A DNA stretch of 64,000 nt from NCBI GenBank assembly GCA_017504945.1, contig JAFVQJ010000013.1:14414-78413 (forward strand). Direction: 5' to 3'. The notes beneath the pieces are model-generated. The model saw only the letters and a program-made list of their open reading frames with translations. It was not told where the DNA came from and made no database searches. The translations under genes were made by a program, and so were the position numbers. Below, piece by piece: positions 55,638 through 64,000 of the stretch (positions within the stretch are counted from its first letter, which is position 1; each line of letters starts with the position of its first letter). Source of the DNA: Clostridia bacterium. Lineage in GTDB: Bacteria; Bacillota; Clostridia; Oscillospirales; RGIG5299.

Positions 55638-55664
55638 TTTGAATTCTCCTTACATTTTTTGTTA

Positions 55665-55693
55665 ATTATAGCACATATGGGATTTTTTGTCAA
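55665..55693 (-). promoter_or_regulatory. consensus sigma-A promoter
   Basis: TTGACA-17 nt-TATAAT on the minus strand. Confidence 0.7.
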
Positions 55694-55827
55694 TAATTAT
55701 CGAAAAATGTATTTTGACTGTCAAACAGCGCCGCTTTTGCATATTATAAAAATGTGCCGTGAGCTTTATTTGTCAAAGCAAGGGCACTTTTTATACCCCC
55801 GACGTTCAAATGACGTCGGGGGAGTTT

Positions 55828-56421
55828 TTATCTTATAAGCTCGGGCAAAATAGTGAGCGCCTCGTAAAAGCGACTTAACGAAAAGCTCTTACCGCCTATG
55901 CCTATAACGAGTGATATCGCTCCGCTTTTGGCATTAAATCCGCTTGCCGTCCTTTTTTGCCTTAACGGCTTTATATTGCTCACCGACGAGATTATCAGCC
56001 CAAGCTGCTCGGCTCTTTTTAACGGGACACCGTCGCAGTAAAACGAGATGCCCTCCTTCTCAAACGTTATCTCAACAAACGCCGACGCCGCAAGACTTTT
56101 TGCCATTTCAATCGCGGTACTTCTTTCTCCGCAGACAAGAAGCAGACTGTATCGCTCGGCGGCAAGACCGAAATTGCAGCCGTAAAACTGCAGATTTTTT
56201 TCATAAGCCTCGCAGACGCCTTCAAAGTAAGTATAAACGGTATCCCTTGCCGCTTTGTCGGCCGCAAAGAACACCACTTTCTTTTCGCCCTCTCCGAAGG
56301 AATATACAAAAAGCCGCTTCGTGTCGCATATTCTTTTAAGAACGCCGCTTTTTTCATACCTATAAAGAGCTTGCCCCTCATTGCCTTCCTTCAATAACTC
56401 GGTTTTGTTATTCATCGTCAA
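55828..56421 (-). CDS. hypothetical protein
   Basis: 197 aa with codon usage like its neighbours. I recognise no motif. Confidence 0.45.
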   Translation of the reverse strand: MTMNNKTELLKEGNEGQALYRYEKSGVLKRICDTKRLFVYSFGEGEKKVVFFAADKAARDTVYTYFEGVCEAYEKNLQFYGCNFGLAAERYSLLLVCGERSTAIEMAKSLAASAFVEITFEKEGISFYCDGVPLKRAEQLGLIISSVSNIKPLRQKRTASGFNAKSGAISLVIGIGGKSFSLSRFYEALTILPELIR

Positions 56422-56522
56422 CCTCCGCCGTGAAATATTTATATAAAGTGCCTAATTTTAAAAGCAGTTAAGACATTTTTTGTATTCCGTTTACAAACTC
56501 TGAAATTGTTAATATTTTATCA

Positions 56523-56551
56523 TTGACTTTTGACTGATTATTAATTATAAT
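56523..56551 (+). promoter_or_regulatory. sigma-A type promoter of the PEPCK gene
   Basis: TTGACT-17 nt-TATAAT. Confidence 0.7.
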
Positions 56552-56592
56552 ATTATATGAAAAAATTTCTTTTATCAAAGGAGAATGGATCT

Positions 56593-58347
56593 ATGCTTAA
56601 TTTGAAAAATGAAGCTCTTTCCAAGTGGATCGAAGAGGTCGCGGCTCTTACCTGCCCCGACAAAATCGTTCTTATCGACGGAAGCGAGGAGCAGGTCGAG
56701 GCTTTGAGAGCCGAGGCATGTTCTACCGGAGAGCTTGAAAAACTCGATCAGGACAAACTTCCCGGTTGCTATCTCCACCGCACCGCCGTTAACGACGTTG
56801 CACGTGTTGAGCACCGTACCTTTATCTGCACTCCCACCAAGGAAGAGGCAGGTCCCATAAACAACTGGATGGAGCCCTCCGAGGCATATAAAATGCTCAA
56901 CGGTCTTTTCGCAGGCTCTATGAAGGGCCGTACTATGTACGTTATCCCTTATTCGATGTCTGTAGTAGGTTCGCCCTTCGCCAAGATAGGCATTGAGCTT
57001 ACCGACTCTATCTACGTTGTCCTCAATATGCATATTATGACGAGAGTCGGTCAAAAAGTACTCGACGTTCTCGGCGAAAGCGCAGACTTCATCAAGGGTC
57101 TTCACGCAAGAAAGGATATTGATGAGGAAAACCGTTACATAATGCACTTCCCCCAGGATAACACCATTATGTCGGTAAACTCCGGCTACGGCGGCAACGT
57201 TTTGCTCGGCAAAAAGTGCTTTGCTCTCCGTATTGCATCTTACCTCGGACGTAACGAGGGTTGGATGGCTGAGCATATGCTCATCCTCGGCATTGAAAAT
57301 CCCGAGGGCGAAGTTAAATACATCGCAGCTGCTTTCCCCTCCGCATGCGGTAAGACCAACCTCGCTATGCTCATTCCCCCCGAGATATATCGCAACAAGG
57401 GCTACAAGGTCTGGTGCGTAGGCGACGATATCGCCTGGATCAGAATCAGAGACGGCAAGCTTTGGGCAGTTAACCCCGAAAACGGCTTCTTCGGCGTTGC
57501 TCCCGGCACCAATGCAAAATCCAACCCCAACGCTTTGGCAGCTACCATGAAGAACACCATCTTCACCAACGTTGTCAAGACCGAGGACAATACCGTTTGG
57601 TGGGAGGGCCTTGGTCCCGCTCCCGAGACCGGTATCGACTGGAAGGGCAATCCCTGGAACAAGGATATGGGCATTAAGGGCGCACATCCCAACTCACGCT
57701 TTACCGCTCCCGCAGAGAACTGCCCCTGCATCTCCAAGGAGTTTAACAATCCCGACGGTGTTCCGCTCTCCGCTATCGTATTCGGCGGCAGACGTGCAAA
57801 GACCGCTCCCCTCGTTTACGAGGCATTTGATTGGCAGCACGGCGTATTCGTCGGCTCCGCAATGGCTTCCGAGACCACCGCTGCAGCAAGCGGCGCAGTC
57901 GGCGTCGTAAGACGTGATCCGATGGCTATGCTTCCCTTCTGCGGCTACAATATGGCAAACTACTTCCAGCATTGGCTCGACATCGGCAAGAAGCTTGAGA
58001 ATCCTCCCAAGATCTTCAACGTTAACTGGTTCCGCACCGATAAGGACGGCCACTTCGCATGGCCCGGCTTTGGCGACAACATGAGAGTTCTTATGTGGAT
58101 ACTCGATCGCGCCGAGGGCAAGGCAGATGCAGTTGAGTCTGCTATCGGCTATCTTCCCAAGGCAGAGGATATCAACCTCGACGGTCTTGATATGACTGTT
58201 GAAGACGTTAAGAACCTTCTCGACGTCGACAACGCTCTCTGGGCAGAGGACGCCGCTTCTCTCGAGGAGTTCTATGCAAAGTTCGAGGGCAAGATCCCCG
58301 CAGAGCTTACCGAAGAGCTTGAAAACCTCAAAAAGAGAATTTCCTAA
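56593..58347 (+). CDS. pckG: phosphoenolpyruvate carboxykinase (GTP)
   Basis: It has the GTP-PEPCK kinase-1a loop FPSACGKTN, a WMAEHMLILG motif and NWFR. The start at MLNLKN has an AAAGGAG RBS. Confidence 0.9.
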   Translation: MLNLKNEALSKWIEEVAALTCPDKIVLIDGSEEQVEALRAEACSTGELEKLDQDKLPGCYLHRTAVNDVARVEHRTFICTPTKEEAGPINNWMEPSEAYKMLNGLFAGSMKGRTMYVIPYSMSVVGSPFAKIGIELTDSIYVVLNMHIMTRVGQKVLDVLGESADFIKGLHARKDIDEENRYIMHFPQDNTIMSVNSGYGGNVLLGKKCFALRIASYLGRNEGWMAEHMLILGIENPEGEVKYIAAAFPSACGKTNLAMLIPPEIYRNKGYKVWCVGDDIAWIRIRDGKLWAVNPENGFFGVAPGTNAKSNPNALAATMKNTIFTNVVKTEDNTVWWEGLGPAPETGIDWKGNPWNKDMGIKGAHPNSRFTAPAENCPCISKEFNNPDGVPLSAIVFGGRRAKTAPLVYEAFDWQHGVFVGSAMASETTAAASGAVGVVRRDPMAMLPFCGYNMANYFQHWLDIGKKLENPPKIFNVNWFRTDKDGHFAWPGFGDNMRVLMWILDRAEGKADAVESAIGYLPKAEDINLDGLDMTVEDVKNLLDVDNALWAEDAASLEEFYAKFEGKIPAELTEELENLKKRIS

Positions 58348-58355
58348 CGGATATT

Positions 58356-58391
58356 TAAAAATCACCCCGAGCTTTTCGGGGTGATTTTTTG
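58356..58391 (+). terminator. intrinsic terminator
   Basis: 10-bp stem ATCACCCCGA/TCGGGGTGAT followed by TTTTTT. Confidence 0.85.
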
Positions 58392-58395
58392 CATT

Positions 58396-58426
58396 AAAAA
58401 AACGAGTCTTTCGACTCGTTTTTTCG
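58396..58426. terminator. bidirectional intrinsic terminator
   Basis: AACGAGTC-TTTC-GACTCGTT flanked by A and T runs. It serves the convergent minus-strand gene. Confidence 0.7.
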
Positions 58427-58438
58427 TTTTGTTTTTAA

Positions 58439-59320
58439 TTATGCCTTGTTTCCGCAGCCGCCCTTGTTGCCGTCAATTATAGCGACACTTGAATCGGGAG
58501 TAGAAGGAACAACGGGCTCGGAGGGAGCGGGCTCCTCGTAAACGTCGTTGTCGGTGAGGGTGTAAGAGCCTTCCTCGCCTGCAAAATCGTTTGCCTTAAC
58601 ACCGTTGATGTGGGAGATCATAGTGGTCTGACCTACGCCGCCGAAGCCGTAGCCTGCGATCGCAAGATAAGCCTTGCCGTCGGCATCGAGAACGTTTGCC
58701 TTGGGGAAGGAAGCGACCTCATCGTGATTGCCGTTTACGTAGATATCGATATTATCGCCGTTTACAACGAATTTAACGATTATGTTACCGCTCTTGTAGG
58801 GAGTAATGGTGGGATGCTCGGACTGCCTTGCATAGCCGAATTTCCAAACCGCATCCGTATCGTTCGTTCCGCCGTAATATTTAAAGGTATTATCTGCAAC
58901 GGGATAGAAGAGGATTGCTGCAGTCTTTTCGATCTCACAGCCGATACCGTACATATTGGTTACGAGATAGTTGTTGCTGTCAGTGTGACTTACGTGGTCG
59001 GTGTAGGGAGCGCCGGAAATGGAGATTGCAGAAGCGTAGCCGTGCTGATTGTAGCCTGCGGCGTCGTAATCGTTGATCTGCATAACGATCTCAAGCCCGT
59101 CGATCTTTACCTTTTCCTTAAAAGCGACGCTTCCGTGGTCATACATACACTGAACGAAGGTGTCGATAAAGAGGTTGCCCTTCGATTCGTAAACGTCAGC
59201 CATACCGCCGGTGGGATAATAAGTTGGAGTATCCCATTTTGCCGAGATCGCCGCGCCGGGAATTACGGCGAAAGAAAGAGCAAGTGCCAAAACGATTGCG
59301 ATTGATACTATCTTTTTCAT
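58439..59320 (-). CDS. secreted hypothetical protein (possible lectin/jelly-roll fold)
   Basis: It has a signal peptide (AAISA) and a beta-rich sequence. A Pro/Ser linker and a short Gly/Cys tail follow. No family is assigned. Confidence 0.5.
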   Translation of the reverse strand: MKKIVSIAIVLALALSFAVIPGAAISAKWDTPTYYPTGGMADVYESKGNLFIDTFVQCMYDHGSVAFKEKVKIDGLEIVMQINDYDAAGYNQHGYASAISISGAPYTDHVSHTDSNNYLVTNMYGIGCEIEKTAAILFYPVADNTFKYYGGTNDTDAVWKFGYARQSEHPTITPYKSGNIIVKFVVNGDNIDIYVNGNHDEVASFPKANVLDADGKAYLAIAGYGFGGVGQTTMISHINGVKANDFAGEEGSYTLTDNDVYEEPAPSEPVVPSTPDSSVAIIDGNKGGCGNKA

Positions 59321-59654
59321 GATTCATTTTCCTTTCGAAATTGATTATGACAATATTATACTTAATATCTTCCGAAAAATAAATAGTTTTTTCAAAATAC
59401 AGCAATTTTTTGCATTTTTATTTTAAATTAGTTATTTTTTTAACAATCTTTTCGTGTGGGCGGAGTCAAAAAGCAAAGGCGGCTTGCCGATCTTTCCGTT
59501 TTTTCTTTTACGTCAAAACGCTTTTAAAACGGTGCAACACGGTGTAAGGGCTTTTTTTCGCAAGCAGTCCTGTTAAAAACTTTTGTTCAAAATGTAGAAT
59601 TGTCGGCTGTTTTTTTGTGCAAATTTACGAAAATAAAAAATTAGCAAAATCGTG

Positions 59655-59682
59655 TTGACATTTTCGCCGAATAGTTTATAAT
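59655..59682 (+). promoter_or_regulatory. sigma-A type promoter
   Basis: TTGACA-16 nt-TATAAT, 39 nt upstream of the start. Confidence 0.65.
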
Positions 59683-59720
59683 TATATTATAATCTTTAAA
59701 TACTATAAAGAGGTGTTATT

Positions 59721-60764
59721 ATGTTAAAAGTTGAAACAAGTACAGCCGGTTGGTCTCCCTGTGCCGACCGTTTCGTAACCGAAGGTTACAGAAAAGGCTA
59801 TGGACCTATGGAGGCTCTCGACGAGCTTATGAAGATAAAGGGCCTTAACGGTATGCCTTTAGCATGGGGCTCTCTCTCTGCCAAAAATCCCGAAATGATC
59901 GACGGCGCCCACATCAACGGCGGTTACGTTCCCGAGAGCGCTTGGGACTTCCCCTATGAGAGCGTTGATTGGCTTAAGAATTATCTTGCACAGCACGGCG
60001 TATCTATCGGTACCGTTGCTCCCGATACCTATTTAAGCCCCATCTGGAAAAACGGCTCCTTCACCAGCCGTGACCCCGGCATCCGCCGCCTTATGATAGA
60101 GAATATCAAAATGGGTATGGATTACGCAAAAGACATTCCCGGATCCGACGTTCTTCTCTGGATGGCACACGACGGCTTCGATTATCCCTTTGAGGATGAT
60201 TACAAGCAGCGTTGGAAGTGGCTTCTCGAGGGCATTGAGGAGTGCTGCGATTACAACAAGGACGTAAAGCTCACCCTTGAATATAAGACCATGGAGCCCA
60301 GAACCAGACAGTATATTGCAAACTACGGCAAGGCTCTCTTTATGTGTAAAGAGATCGGTGCCGAGAACCTCGGCGTTGTAGTTGACGTCGGTCACGCACT
60401 CTTTGCAGGCGAGTCTCCCGCAGAGGCTATCGATATCGTTAACTACTACGGCAAGCTCCACCACGTTCACATGAACGATAACTACAGAGGCTGGGACGAT
60501 GACCTTTATCCCGGCGCTATCCACTTCTGGGAGAACCTTGAGGTATTCCACGTTCTTAATCAGATCGGTTACGACGGTTGGTATACCATCGACGTATTCC
60601 CCTACCGTGTTGACGGCCACAAGGTCATTCAGGAAGCGGTTGACAGACTTTATATGTTCGACCGTCTTGCAAAGATGCTCCCCGCAGCTGAGATCAAGAG
60701 AATGCAGGAAGAAAACGATACTATCGGCATTCAGACTCTCCTTCGCGAGACCGTTATTAAATAA
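59721..60764 (+). CDS. sugar isomerase/epimerase, xylose-isomerase-like TIM barrel
   Basis: It has LEYKTMEPR, VDVGHA and HMNDN..DDDL metal-site-like motifs. Confidence 0.75.
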   Translation: MLKVETSTAGWSPCADRFVTEGYRKGYGPMEALDELMKIKGLNGMPLAWGSLSAKNPEMIDGAHINGGYVPESAWDFPYESVDWLKNYLAQHGVSIGTVAPDTYLSPIWKNGSFTSRDPGIRRLMIENIKMGMDYAKDIPGSDVLLWMAHDGFDYPFEDDYKQRWKWLLEGIEECCDYNKDVKLTLEYKTMEPRTRQYIANYGKALFMCKEIGAENLGVVVDVGHALFAGESPAEAIDIVNYYGKLHHVHMNDNYRGWDDDLYPGAIHFWENLEVFHVLNQIGYDGWYTIDVFPYRVDGHKVIQEAVDRLYMFDRLAKMLPAAEIKRMQEENDTIGIQTLLRETVIK

Positions 60765-60779
60765 TTGACAGTACCCTTT

Positions 60780-60821
60780 GCCCGAAATGTAATATTGTTC
60801 ATATTGCATTTCGGGCTTTTT
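60780..60821 (+). terminator. intrinsic terminator (possibly partial)
   Basis: 10-bp stem GCCCGAAATG/CATTTCGGGC with a 17-nt loop, followed by TTTTT. Confidence 0.6.
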
Positions 60822-60843
60822 CATAAAGAAAGGAATGATCACT

Positions 60844-63800
60844 ATGGCAGAATTTAAAAATTATATCGACCTTTTTAAAAATCCAGGCGATGAGTTCCGC
60901 CCCGTTTCAATGTGGTTCTGGAACGACGAGATGAGGAAGGACGAAATAACCTTCCAGCTCGAAGAATTCAAAAAACAGGGTATGTACGAGGTATTTGTAA
61001 ACGCCGTTTGGGGTATTGAGGTAGAATATCTTTCCGACGAATATTTCGAATACGTAAAATACTGCGTTGACGAGTGCAAGCGCCTTGGCATGAAGTATTG
61101 GATATACGATGAATTCAACTGGCCCTCCGGTAACGCGGGCGGCAAGCTTCTCTCGAAATATCCCGAGGCAGTCGGTAAGCTCCTCAAGTGCGAGTCCTTT
61201 TACGTATGGGCAGGTAACTGCGCCGATACGATAAGCACCGGCAAGCTCGTTGCGGCACAGATCCTTATCGTAAATCCCGAAAATCAGTTCGACGTTATCG
61301 ACATTATGGATAAGGTCGAGGTTCAGATAACCGACACGGGCGACACCAAAGTTCATTACAGAAACATGGATTACAACAGCCTCGTTCGCGTTCAGTATTT
61401 CTTCTCTATGCCCGACCCGCATATTCTCACCACTTCGGTATGGTACAAATATGCAAACTACGAGGCAGGATACATCGACACCTTCAACAAGGATGCCGTT
61501 GATAAATTCCTCGAGCTTACTCACGAGCGTTATAAGGAATACGTGGGCGACGAATTCGGTAAGACCGTTATGGGCGTATTTACCGACGAGATCTGCCTTG
61601 CCTCTCCCTTCTCGATAGGTGAGAACAGAATTCCGTGGAGTGAGCATTTCGCAGAGAAATTCAAGGCTTTAAACGGCTACGACCTCATTCCTCACCTTTA
61701 CAGTCTCTTTAACGGCGCTCTCACCAAAGAGGACAGAAAGATAAGAAACGACTATTTCAACACTGCAAAAACTCTTTATCTCGAAAACTTCGTCAAGCCG
61801 ATGTACGATTGGTGCGATAAGAACGACCTTCTCTTCACCGGTCACTTCGACGGCGAGGAGTCATTGAACTGGCACCTTATGCAGTCTGCCGACCTTATCA
61901 CCTCCTTTGAGTATATGCACGTTCCCGGCATCGACGCTATCGTTCCCTCTCACAAGATCGACGATAAGAACTTCAACGTTGCAGGTAAGATACTCAACTC
62001 TATCGCAAAATACTACAACAGAGAGCGTACTCTCTGCGAGACCTACACCGGCTCAGGCTGGGACGTTCGCTTCGACCTTATGAAGAAGATCGCAAACAGA
62101 CTTCTCACCCTCGGCGTAAATATGACTCACTATATGGGCGCATATTATTCGTGGGACGGATTTATGAAGATAGGTCCTACCTCTTATCCGCCTTCACACG
62201 GCTATAACAACCCGATGTGGCAGCACTACGGCAAGCTCGGCGATTACTTTGCAAGAATACAGTCGCTTTCGAGCAAGACAAAGGGCGGTTCCAAGGTTCT
62301 CTTTATGACTCCCTTGGTTCAGGCAAAGCAGGACCTCGACCTCTCCAAGAACGTATTTGAATACCTCAAGGACGATTTCTGCATCCGTTACCTTGACGAA
62401 ATAATGGAATCCTCCGTTACCGCTTCGATGAAGCTCGGCGTTGATCTCGACCTCATATCCGAGGACGGAGCACCCGACATCACCGCAAATAACGGCGTTA
62501 TGACCTATCGCGGCCACGAATATGAATATATCATATTCCCCGCAATGACTTATATCGACAAAAACACCGCAGAGCTCATCGCACGTCTTGCAGATGCAAA
62601 CGTGAAGATGATATTCGTAAACAACCTCCCCGTTGAGGTAGTTGACAGCGACATCCCCGCTCTTGACCGCGACTACGGCGAGACCGCTCTTATCTTCGAA
62701 AACGAGGGCGCAAGCTTCTCGGCATTCAAGAAAAAGAACTGCTATCTCCTCACCGTTAAGAAGCGTCCCTTGGAGCTTGCAGACTTCAGAGAGGCTCTTT
62801 CCAAGGCGTTCAAGCCCGCAGACATCGCACTTTCGATGACCTCTACCGGCAACGTTTACATCGGTCACCGCGAGAACGAGGATATCGACCTCTACTTCAT
62901 CTCCAACGACGATAACTTCGATAACGAGATAAGAATTCCCAAGAAGCTCAGAAATCTCGAGATCTTAAGCCCCGATACCGCAGACCTCAAGACCGTTTAC
63001 ATTGAGGGCGACGAGATAAAGATCCCGCTTGCAGCTTACGAGATGGTCGTTATCGTAAAGTCCAAGAAGGAAAAATTTGCTGTTAAAGCAAACTTTGCAA
63101 AGCCCGAGGCGGCTGCAAGCGTTCTCTCACTTTCCGATTTCACCTTCGTTCCCGAGAAGGAAAACGCTATCCGTCCCACCTGGCTTTACAAGCACAACGA
63201 TAAATATTATCCCGTTTTATTCTATTACTTCCCCGATTTCGTTGCAAAGACCAAGAATATGGACTACGAGGTAAAATGGGAATTTGACATTGCTTCGATG
63301 CCCGAGACTCTTTACTTAAACGGCGAAACGAGAGACGTTACCGAGATAATCATCAACGGCAAGACTGTTGATGTTGAGAGAAATATCAGGATCTGGGGTG
63401 TAAGAAACTTCCGCAGAGAAGCCACCGAGTTCTTCAAGGAGGGCAAAAACACCGTTATCGTTAAGGGCAGAACTCCCGACTGGGTAGGTATTCACGCACT
63501 TCCCTTCGTATTCGTAACGGGCGACTTCCTCGTTTCCGAGGATAACGTAGTTTCCGCTATCAAGGATCGTAAGGTAGCTCTCGGAAACCTTGACACCCAG
63601 GGCTATAAGTATTTCACCGGCAACGGCAGCTACAAGACCACCTTCCTTGCAAAGAAGGGCAAGAAGACCGTTATCGAGCTTAAGACCAGAGAGGTCGTAG
63701 GCGTTAAGGTAAACGGCGAGCTTGTAAAGGAAGTTATGTGGCAGCCCAGAACGGCAGATATCACCAAGTTTATCAAGAACGGCGCAAACGAGCTTGAGCT

Positions 63801-63885
63801 CGTTATGACCGCAACCTATGCAAACCTTCTTGCAGAAGCTCCCGCAGGAAACAGCATAGACGAGGTTAAGATAATAACCTACTAA
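60844..63885 (+). CDS. large intracellular glycoside-hydrolase-like protein (family not assigned; GH106/GH2-like guess)
   Basis: 1013 aa with no signal peptide. The N-terminal FRPVSMWFWNDEM pattern is common in such hydrolases. It sits next to the sugar isomerase. Confidence 0.5.
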   Translation: MAEFKNYIDLFKNPGDEFRPVSMWFWNDEMRKDEITFQLEEFKKQGMYEVFVNAVWGIEVEYLSDEYFEYVKYCVDECKRLGMKYWIYDEFNWPSGNAGGKLLSKYPEAVGKLLKCESFYVWAGNCADTISTGKLVAAQILIVNPENQFDVIDIMDKVEVQITDTGDTKVHYRNMDYNSLVRVQYFFSMPDPHILTTSVWYKYANYEAGYIDTFNKDAVDKFLELTHERYKEYVGDEFGKTVMGVFTDEICLASPFSIGENRIPWSEHFAEKFKALNGYDLIPHLYSLFNGALTKEDRKIRNDYFNTAKTLYLENFVKPMYDWCDKNDLLFTGHFDGEESLNWHLMQSADLITSFEYMHVPGIDAIVPSHKIDDKNFNVAGKILNSIAKYYNRERTLCETYTGSGWDVRFDLMKKIANRLLTLGVNMTHYMGAYYSWDGFMKIGPTSYPPSHGYNNPMWQHYGKLGDYFARIQSLSSKTKGGSKVLFMTPLVQAKQDLDLSKNVFEYLKDDFCIRYLDEIMESSVTASMKLGVDLDLISEDGAPDITANNGVMTYRGHEYEYIIFPAMTYIDKNTAELIARLADANVKMIFVNNLPVEVVDSDIPALDRDYGETALIFENEGASFSAFKKKNCYLLTVKKRPLELADFREALSKAFKPADIALSMTSTGNVYIGHRENEDIDLYFISNDDNFDNEIRIPKKLRNLEILSPDTADLKTVYIEGDEIKIPLAAYEMVVIVKSKKEKFAVKANFAKPEAAASVLSLSDFTFVPEKENAIRPTWLYKHNDKYYPVLFYYFPDFVAKTKNMDYEVKWEFDIASMPETLYLNGETRDVTEIIINGKTVDVERNIRIWGVRNFRREATEFFKEGKNTVIVKGRTPDWVGIHALPFVFVTGDFLVSEDNVVSAIKDRKVALGNLDTQGYKYFTGNGSYKTTFLAKKGKKTVIELKTREVVGVKVNGELVKEVMWQPRTADITKFIKNGANELELVMTATYANLLAEAPAGNSIDEVKIITY

Positions 63886-63892
63886 ACCAAAC

Positions 63893-63931
63893 AAAAAAAT
63901 CTCCAACGGAATTTCCGTTGGAGATTTTTTT
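63893..63931 (+). terminator. intrinsic terminator
   Basis: 11-bp stem TCTCCAACGG/CCGTTGGAGA followed by TTTTTTT. Confidence 0.85.
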
Positions 63932-64000
63932 GATTTTTATATTGTTATTATATTATAATATATGTTATAATATAAGTTAGGATAATATCGGGAGTGAGAT

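Noticed and set aside
56575-57687. Long antisense ORFs opposite well-supported genes. Examples are 370 aa opposite PEPCK, 302 aa at 708-1616, 291 aa at 20305-21180, 269 aa at 60033-60842, 231 aa at 58610-59305 and 224 aa at 8532-9206.
   Set aside because: They mirror strongly motif-supported genes on the other strand. They lack RBSs and encode low-complexity sequences rich in Arg, Gly, Val and Cys. They are a by-product of the codon bias of the sense genes.
1-64000. Search for CRISPR arrays, tRNA/rRNA genes, transposases, integrases, reverse transcriptases and prophage blocks
   Set aside because: I saw no regularly spaced repeats, no cloverleaf-like or rRNA-like segments in the intergenic regions, and no ORF with recombinase, transposase or RT motifs. 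This visual scan could miss degenerate elements.

Overview
This 64-kb window is a chromosomal segment that looks like a Gram-positive anaerobe of the Clostridia. The taxonomic call is inference from AGGAGG-type ribosome-binding sites, many TTGACA-17-TATAAT promoters, a T-box leader, indolepyruvate:ferredoxin oxidoreductase and a dockerin-bearing secreted protein. Most of the window is ordinary housekeeping. It carries three tandem M42 peptidases, a MoxR-DUF58-transglutaminase operon, mltG, tmk, murE, murI, rmuC, a SEDS protein, ymdB-like, uppP, ftsK, an Mrp ATPase, GTP-PEPCK and several sugar-utilisation genes. I found no rRNA, tRNA, CRISPR array, transposase or integrase. The clearly accessory part is an AT-richer block at about 33.7-44.6 kb. 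It holds a 2109-aa Sec-dependent Rhs/YD-repeat (WapA-like) polymorphic toxin with a small downstream immunity gene. Next comes a promoter-poor orphan Rhs C-terminal cassette sharing a roughly 525-bp recombination repeat with the main gene, followed by a polytopic membrane protein that is its candidate immunity factor. An HTH plus zinc-ribbon gene pair sits at the far edge. The most unusual signal is the 0.85-kb ORF-free region upstream of the Rhs gene. On the Rhs strand it contains two successive units of consensus promoter, structured RNA and intrinsic terminator. One unit has a tandem pair of about 40-nt H-type pseudoknot candidates with compensatory base changes. The other has a 115-nt closed domain whose 5' flank can form an 11-bp antiterminator with the terminator arm. 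Together they look like uncharacterised riboswitch or attenuator control of a contact-dependent toxin. Other items worth a second look are a perfect 39-bp palindrome encoding two fully overlapping consensus promoters between an AraC gene and a GHMP kinase operon, and an unannotated 34-codon Cys-rich transmembrane ORF with its own RBS and terminator. A T-box (probably Tyr) controls an SSF transporter, and an overlapping FAD-oxidoreductase/GT-C pair lies between murE and murI. All family names come from motif recognition by eye; no database search was run.
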